Shown piece by piece: positions 49,732-54,567 of a DNA stretch of 54,567 bases; the first letter of the stretch is position 1; each line of letters opens with the position of its first letter. The position numbers were made by a program, and so were the translations under genes. Origin of the DNA: Pseudomonadota bacterium (GTDB lineage: Bacteria; Pseudomonadota; Gammaproteobacteria; Burkholderiales; SG8-39); the NCBI GenBank assembly GCA_031380765.1, contig JANMXB010000042.1:1-54567 (forward strand), read 5' to 3'. The notes beneath the pieces are model-generated. The model worked only from the letters and a program-made list of their open reading frames with translations. It did not search any database and was not told the origin of the DNA.

Positions 49732-51015
49732 ATGAAAGTCCTCATCAAAGGCGGCCGCGTCATCGACCCCGCAAGCGGACGGGATGCAATCGGGGACGTA
49801 CTGATCGACGGCGAGCGGATTGCGGCGTTGGACGCGGCCGCGAAAAACGCGCGCGCCGACAAGGTGATCGACGCCAAGGGCCTCATCGTCGCGCCGGGGC
49901 TGATCGATATCTGCGCACGGCTGCGCGAGCCGGGATTCGAGTACAAGGCGACACTCGAGTCCGAGATGGAAGCCGCCATCGCCGGCGGCGTCACGAGTGT
50001 CGCCTGCCCGCCCGACACTGATCCGCCCCTGGACGAGCCTGGCCTGGTCGACATGCTGCGCCGGCGCGCCCGCTCGCTTTGCCATGCGCGTCTCTACCCG
50101 ATTGGTGCACTCACCGTAAAGCTTGCTGGCGAGCGGCTGACCGAAATGGCCGAGCTCTCCGAATCCGGATGCGTGGCGTTTGCCCAGGCGAACGCGCCGC
50201 TCGACGATACGCAGGTGCTTTGGCGTGCGCTGCAGTATGCGGGCACGTTCGGCTTCGCGGTCTGGTTGCGCGCCGAGGACCTGGCCCTTGCAAAAGACGG
50301 CGTGGCGCACGACGGCGAAGTGGCCACCCGCCTGGGCCTGCCGGGCATTCCCGCAATGGCCGAGACCATTGCGCTGGGCAAGCTGCTGCACCTTGTGCGC
50401 GAGACCGGGACGCGCCTGCATGTGTGCCGGATTTCCACGGCCGGCGCGGTGGCGATGATCCGCAAGGCAAAGGCGGAGAAACTGCCGGTCACGTGCGACG
50501 TGGGTATCCATCACGTGCACCTGTCGGAGATGGACCTCGGCTATTTCGACGCTCATTGCCACCTGGTGCCGCCGCTGCGCAGCATGCGCGATCGCGATGC
50601 GCTTCGCGCCGGCCTCGCTGATGGCGCCATCGACCTGATCTGCTCGGACCACACTCCGGTGGACGAGGACGCCAAGCAGATGCCCTTCAGCGAGTCCGAA
50701 GTCGGCGCGACCGGACTCGAGCTGCTCTTGCCGCTGACCCTGAAATGGGCGGCCGAGGCGAAGATTCCCCTCGCAAAGGCCCTCGCAAAGGTGACAAGCG
50801 ACGCAGCGCGCGTACTTGGGGTCAAATCCGGCCGCATCGAAGCGGGGGCACCCGCCGACCTCGCGGTGTTCGATGCCGGCGCGCCGTTTCATGTGGTTGC
50901 GTCCGCATTGAAAAGCCAGGGCAAGAACACGCCGTTCATCGGTTACGAACTTGCAGGGCGCGTGCGCTATACGCTGGTCGACGGAAACGTGGTTTACAGC
51001 AATCTGCCCCAATAA
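49732..51015 (+). CDS. pyrC: Dihydroorotase-like protein, probably the non-catalytic PyrC' type
   Basis: It has a full-length amidohydrolase fold, but the N-terminal metal-binding D-x-H-x-H is replaced by D-I-C-A-R (49906-49920, GLIDICARLREPG), as in Pseudomonas PyrC'. Confidence 0.8.
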   Translation: MKVLIKGGRVIDPASGRDAIGDVLIDGERIAALDAAAKNARADKVIDAKGLIVAPGLIDICARLREPGFEYKATLESEMEAAIAGGVTSVACPPDTDPPLDEPGLVDMLRRRARSLCHARLYPIGALTVKLAGERLTEMAELSESGCVAFAQANAPLDDTQVLWRALQYAGTFGFAVWLRAEDLALAKDGVAHDGEVATRLGLPGIPAMAETIALGKLLHLVRETGTRLHVCRISTAGAVAMIRKAKAEKLPVTCDVGIHHVHLSEMDLGYFDAHCHLVPPLRSMRDRDALRAGLADGAIDLICSDHTPVDEDAKQMPFSESEVGATGLELLLPLTLKWAAEAKIPLAKALAKVTSDAARVLGVKSGRIEAGAPADLAVFDAGAPFHVVASALKSQGKNTPFIGYELAGRVRYTLVDGNVVYSNLPQ

Positions 51016-51017
51016 CG

Positions 51018-51920
51018 ATGCCGCGCACCCTCCTCATCCTATGCTTGCTCGCGGTGCTCATGACGCTGACGGCGTGCTCCTCGAGTCCGCCGCGCAGTGT
51101 GTCCGAGCCCGGGTCGCAGGCTGCCGCACGCACCCCCATCAAGGGCGGCGGCTATTACAAGGATGACGGCCCCGGGGACAATCCCCCGGATCTGGACCGG
51201 ATCCCCGATGCGCAGCCCAGGGCCGAGCGCCCGCACCGGTTTGCCAACAATCCCTACCAGGTTTTCGGCAAGGACTATGTGCCGATTCGCGTAAGCAGCG
51301 AGTACAGGGAGCGCGGGGTCGCGAGCTGGTACGGCCGGCGGTACCACGGCCAGAAGACTTCCAGCGGCGATGTTTACGACATGTACGCGATGACCGCTGC
51401 GCACCCCACGCTGCCGATCCCGAGCTATGCGCGGGTGACGAACGTGACCAATGGCAGGAGCGTGGTGGTGCGCGTCAACGACCGCGGGCCTTTTCATTCG
51501 GACCGCGTGATCGACCTGTCGTACGTCGCTGCCTACAAGCTCGGCTACGCGCAGGCGGGCAGCGCGCTCGTGGAGGTCGAAAGCGTCACGGCGGATAGCT
51601 CGCGACAGGTCGTTGCGGCAGCCCAGCGGCCCGCGCCGCCCCTGCAGCCCGCGCCGCCGGACGCGCCTTTGCCGATGTCAGCCGGAGCGAGCGGGGTATA
51701 CCTCCAGCTCGGCGCATTTTCCGTGCGCGACAACGCCGAGCTGTTTCGCGCGAAGATCTACAAGGAGCTTGCCTGGCTCACCGATCCGCTGCAGGTGAAT
51801 GCGCAGGGCGGCGTGTTCAGGCTCCAGCTGGGGCCCTATCGCACCCAGGAAGACGCGCGCCAGATGGCCGAACGCATCCGTGCGGAGTTGAACCTGCAGC
51901 CGGTAGTATTGGTCAGATAA
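51018..51920 (+). CDS. rlpA: Septal ring lytic transglycosylase RlpA family lipoprotein with SPOR domain
   Basis: It has the lipobox LTAC, a DPBB domain (ASWYGRRYHGQKTSSGDVYD...VVRVNDRGPF) and a C-terminal SPOR domain (YLQLGAFSVRDNAE). Confidence 0.9.
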   Translation: MPRTLLILCLLAVLMTLTACSSSPPRSVSEPGSQAAARTPIKGGGYYKDDGPGDNPPDLDRIPDAQPRAERPHRFANNPYQVFGKDYVPIRVSSEYRERGVASWYGRRYHGQKTSSGDVYDMYAMTAAHPTLPIPSYARVTNVTNGRSVVVRVNDRGPFHSDRVIDLSYVAAYKLGYAQAGSALVEVESVTADSSRQVVAAAQRPAPPLQPAPPDAPLPMSAGASGVYLQLGAFSVRDNAELFRAKIYKELAWLTDPLQVNAQGGVFRLQLGPYRTQEDARQMAERIRAELNLQPVVLVR

Positions 51921-51949
51921 GTCACGCGCTTTTTTCTTCCAAGGCCCTC

Positions 51950-53071
51950 ATGCTTCGCGCCGCCGTCACGCTTTGCCTGCTGTCGTGTTTTTCCCTGCCG
52001 CATGCGCAACCCCCCCCGCCGGTCATCGGCAAAGCCTATGTCGTGGCCGACATCACGAGTGGCCAGATCCTCGCCAGCGAAAAGGCCGACGAGCGCTTCG
52101 AGCCCGCGTCGCTCACCAAGATCATGACCGCCTACCTCGTGTTCCAGGCGCTCAGGGAAAAGAAGCTCACGCTCGACAAGACCGTGCCGGTGTCGGAGAA
52201 AGCGTGGCGCGCGAGCGGGTCGCGCATGTTCATCGATCCCAAGCATGCGGTAACGGTGGACGAATTGATCCGCGGAATGATCGTGCAGTCGGGCAACGAC
52301 GCGTGCATTGCGCTTGCCGAGGCGATCGGCGGATCGGAGGACGTGTTCGCCCAGATGATGAACCGCGAGGCGCAGCGTCTTGGCATGAAGAACTCCAGCT
52401 TCATGAATTCAAACGGGCTGCCCCATCCGCAGCACTACAGCTCCGCGCGCGACATGTACCTGCTCGCAGCGGCGCTGATCCGCGACTTCCCCGCCGAGTA
52501 CGCGACCTACTACTCGATGAAGGAATATCGCTACAACAACATCACCCAGATGAACCGCAACCGCCTGCTCTGGCTCGATCCCACCGTCGACGGCATGAAA
52601 ACCGGCTACACCGAAGCCGCGGGTTACTGCCTCGTGGCGACCTCCAAGCGCGGGCCGCGCAGGCTGATGTCGATCCTGCTCGGGTCGACGTCCGAGACTA
52701 CGCGCACGCAGGAGTCGCAGAAGCTGCTCAACTGGGGCTTCCAGTTTTTCGACGACGTAAAGCTCTACGCGAAGGGCCAGGCGGTGAAGTCGATCGAGGT
52801 CTGGAAAGGCTCCGCGCGCGAAGTGAAGGCCGGCTTTCCGGACGACATGTACGTCACCGTGCCCAAGGGGCAGGCGGACAAGCTCAAGGCCGACCTGCTC
52901 GCGCAGCAACCGCTCGTGGCGCCGGTCAGCCAGGGCCAGAAAATCGGCATCATGCGGGTGACGCTCGACGGTAAAGCGGTGGGCGAATATCCGGTATTGG
53001 CGCTCGAGGCGGTGGGCGTGGCCGGCGTTTTCGGACGCGCCTGGGATACACTCAGGCTGTGGATAAAGTAG
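51950..53071 (+). CDS. dacC: D-alanyl-D-alanine carboxypeptidase (PBP5/6 family)
   Basis: It has a signal peptide and the SLTK, SGN and KTG motifs, plus the PBP5 C-terminal domain. Confidence 0.9.
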   Translation: MLRAAVTLCLLSCFSLPHAQPPPPVIGKAYVVADITSGQILASEKADERFEPASLTKIMTAYLVFQALREKKLTLDKTVPVSEKAWRASGSRMFIDPKHAVTVDELIRGMIVQSGNDACIALAEAIGGSEDVFAQMMNREAQRLGMKNSSFMNSNGLPHPQHYSSARDMYLLAAALIRDFPAEYATYYSMKEYRYNNITQMNRNRLLWLDPTVDGMKTGYTEAAGYCLVATSKRGPRRLMSILLGSTSETTRTQESQKLLNWGFQFFDDVKLYAKGQAVKSIEVWKGSAREVKAGFPDDMYVTVPKGQADKLKADLLAQQPLVAPVSQGQKIGIMRVTLDGKAVGEYPVLALEAVGVAGVFGRAWDTLRLWIK

Positions 53072-53081
53072 CGAGGCTGCG

Positions 53082-53951
53082 ATGACGGTTTTCCTCAACG
53101 GCGAGTTCATGCCCATGGAAGAGGCCAGGGTTCCGGTGCTCGACCGCGGCTTCATTTTCGGCGATGGCATCTACGAACTGGTGCCGGTTTATTCGCGCGC
53201 GCCGTTCCGGCTGGAGGGCCACCTCGCGCGCATGGAGCGCAGCCTTTCGGAAGTACAGATAGCGAACCCGTATTCGCGCGCGGAATGGACCAGGATCATC
53301 GAGCAGATGATCGACAAGCAATCCTTCGACGACCAGGGTGTCTACTGGCAGATCACGCGTGGCGTGGCAAAACGCGACCATGCGTTCCCGAAGAACGCAC
53401 AGCCGACCGTCTTCATGATGTCCAACCCGCTCGTGAACCCGTCGAAAGAGGTCGTCGAAAATGGCGGCAAGGCCGTCACGGCGGACGATTTCCGCTGGCA
53501 CCGCTGCGACCTGAAGACCATCTCCTTGATCGGCAACTGCATGCTGCGCCAGCTGTCGGCGGAGGAAAATGCGGTCGAGACGATCCTGTTTCGCGACGGC
53601 AAGCTCACCGAAGCCTCGGCCTCCAACGCGTACATCGTCAAGAACGGCGTGATCGCCACGCCCCCCAAGGACAATCTGATCCTGCCGGGCATTACGCTGG
53701 ATGTTGTGTTTGACATCGTGAAGCGCGGCAATCTGCCCATGGATGTCCGCGAGATCGCCCGGGCCGAGGTGTTCGGCGCCGACGAGGTATGGGTTTCATC
53801 GTCGTCCAAGGAGATCGTCGCGGTCGTCGATCTCGACGGCAAGACCATCGGCACCGGCAAACCCGGCCCCGTGTTCCGCAAGGCCTGGCAGCTCTACCAG
53901 GATTTCAAGAACGAGGTCATGCGCGCGAAAAAGCAGGCGAGGGCGGCCTGA
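53082..53951 (+). CDS. dat: Class IV aminotransferase (D-amino-acid aminotransferase-like)
   Basis: LDRGFIFGDGIYE, the YWQITRG..RDH region and LPGITL are present (289 aa). Confidence 0.85.
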   Translation: MTVFLNGEFMPMEEARVPVLDRGFIFGDGIYELVPVYSRAPFRLEGHLARMERSLSEVQIANPYSRAEWTRIIEQMIDKQSFDDQGVYWQITRGVAKRDHAFPKNAQPTVFMMSNPLVNPSKEVVENGGKAVTADDFRWHRCDLKTISLIGNCMLRQLSAEENAVETILFRDGKLTEASASNAYIVKNGVIATPPKDNLILPGITLDVVFDIVKRGNLPMDVREIARAEVFGADEVWVSSSSKEIVAVVDLDGKTIGTGKPGPVFRKAWQLYQDFKNEVMRAKKQARAA

Positions 53952-53956
53952 AAGCC

Positions 53957-54241
53957 GTGGACGGCGAAGCCGACTTCATCAAGCGGGAGTCCCTGCTCTC
54001 GTTCCCGACCGATTTCCCGATCAAGATCATGGGCCGCCGGGAAGGCAACTTCGCGCAGGGCGTCATGGAGATAGTGTTGCGCCATTCGCCGGAGTTCGAC
54101 CCGAAGACTATGGAGATGCGCCCGAGCCGCAAAGGCAAGTACCTCGGCATTACGGTCACCATCCAGGCGCAGTCGCGCGACCAGCTCGATGCGCTGTATC
54201 GCGAGCTCTGCGACCATCCCGCAGTAGTGATGGTCCTTTGA
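53957..54241 (+). CDS. ybeD: YbeD (DUF493) family protein
   Basis: FPTDFPIKIMGRRE...YLGITVTIQAQSRDQLDALYREL is present. I chose the GTG start at 53957. Confidence 0.8.
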   Translation: MDGEADFIKRESLLSFPTDFPIKIMGRREGNFAQGVMEIVLRHSPEFDPKTMEMRPSRKGKYLGITVTIQAQSRDQLDALYRELCDHPAVVMVL

Positions 54242-54567
54242 CACTCGTCGCCGAAAAGCCGGTCGGCGTCGCGCCAGTCGTTCGCGAGCTGGGCCTCGTC
54301 GATTACGCGCAAGCACTCGTCGCGATGCGGCGGTTCACCGCGCAGCGAAGCGAGGACACGCCGGACGAGCTCTGGCTGCTCGAGCATCCGCCCGTCTATA
54401 CACTGGGACAAGGTGCCGACCCGGCGCACGGCCCGAAGGCCGGCACCGGCATCGAAGTGCTGCGCGTGGAGCGCGGCGGCGAGGTCACGTATCACGGTCC
54501 CGGGCAACTGGTGGTCTACACACTTGTCGACATCGCCCGCCGCGGCATCAAGGTGCGCGAATATGTG
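54238..54567 (+). CDS. lipB: Lipoyl(octanoyl) transferase (partial; 3' end outside window)
   Basis: LGLVDYAQALVAMRRFT...DELWLLEHPPVYTLGQ...ERGGEVTYHGPGQLVVY is present. The TTG start at 54238 overlaps the ybeD stop. Confidence 0.85.
   Translation, partial: MTLVAEKPVGVAPVVRELGLVDYAQALVAMRRFTAQRSEDTPDELWLLEHPPVYTLGQGADPAHGPKAGTGIEVLRVERGGEVTYHGPGQLVVYTLVDIARRGIKVREYV

Noticed and set aside
48778-51012. 744-aa minus-strand ORF, the longest non-annotated ORF in the track
   Set aside because: It is exactly antisense to pyrB and pyrC', which have unambiguous family motifs. The product is Arg/Gly/His/Ala-rich with no motifs. It is a typical stop-free shadow frame in GC-rich DNA.

Overview
This is a GC-rich, densely packed chromosomal segment. 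Its gene order looks betaproteobacterial (aroQ-accB-accC-prmA-DUF3426; rubredoxin-pilGHIJ-chpA-yqgE-ruvX-pyrR-pyrB-pyrC'; dacC-dat-ybeD-lipB); that assignment is an inference from synteny. I support about 60 protein-coding genes, nearly all core housekeeping. The exception is an aromatic-acid catabolic locus at about 1-12.9 kb: MFS transporter, 4-hydroxybenzoyl-CoA thioesterase, pcaHGB, a maleyl-isomerase/FAH pair, an aryl-CoA ligase and a LivKHMGF-type ABC importer. I found no rRNA, tRNA, CRISPR array, transposase, integrase, phage gene or recognisable defence or toxin-antitoxin module. I see no convincing evidence for an undescribed multi-gene system here. The items worth a second look are local anomalies: (1) an in-frame TAG replacing a conserved Ser codon in the otherwise intact, translationally coupled hemL; (2) the conserved N-terminus of ChpA lies upstream of the first ATG/GTG/TTG in its frame; (3) a terminator/anti-terminator leader directly in front of metH that matches no riboswitch class I can recognise; (4) a stub of a PlsC-type acyltransferase between apaH and a HIT gene; (5) a sigma-54/NtrC-type promoter driving an uncharacterised TIGR02001-type porin together with glnK-amtB; (6) the odd gene mix of the aromatic locus. 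Many long ORFs in the supplied track are antisense or off-frame shadows typical of GC-rich DNA and were rejected.
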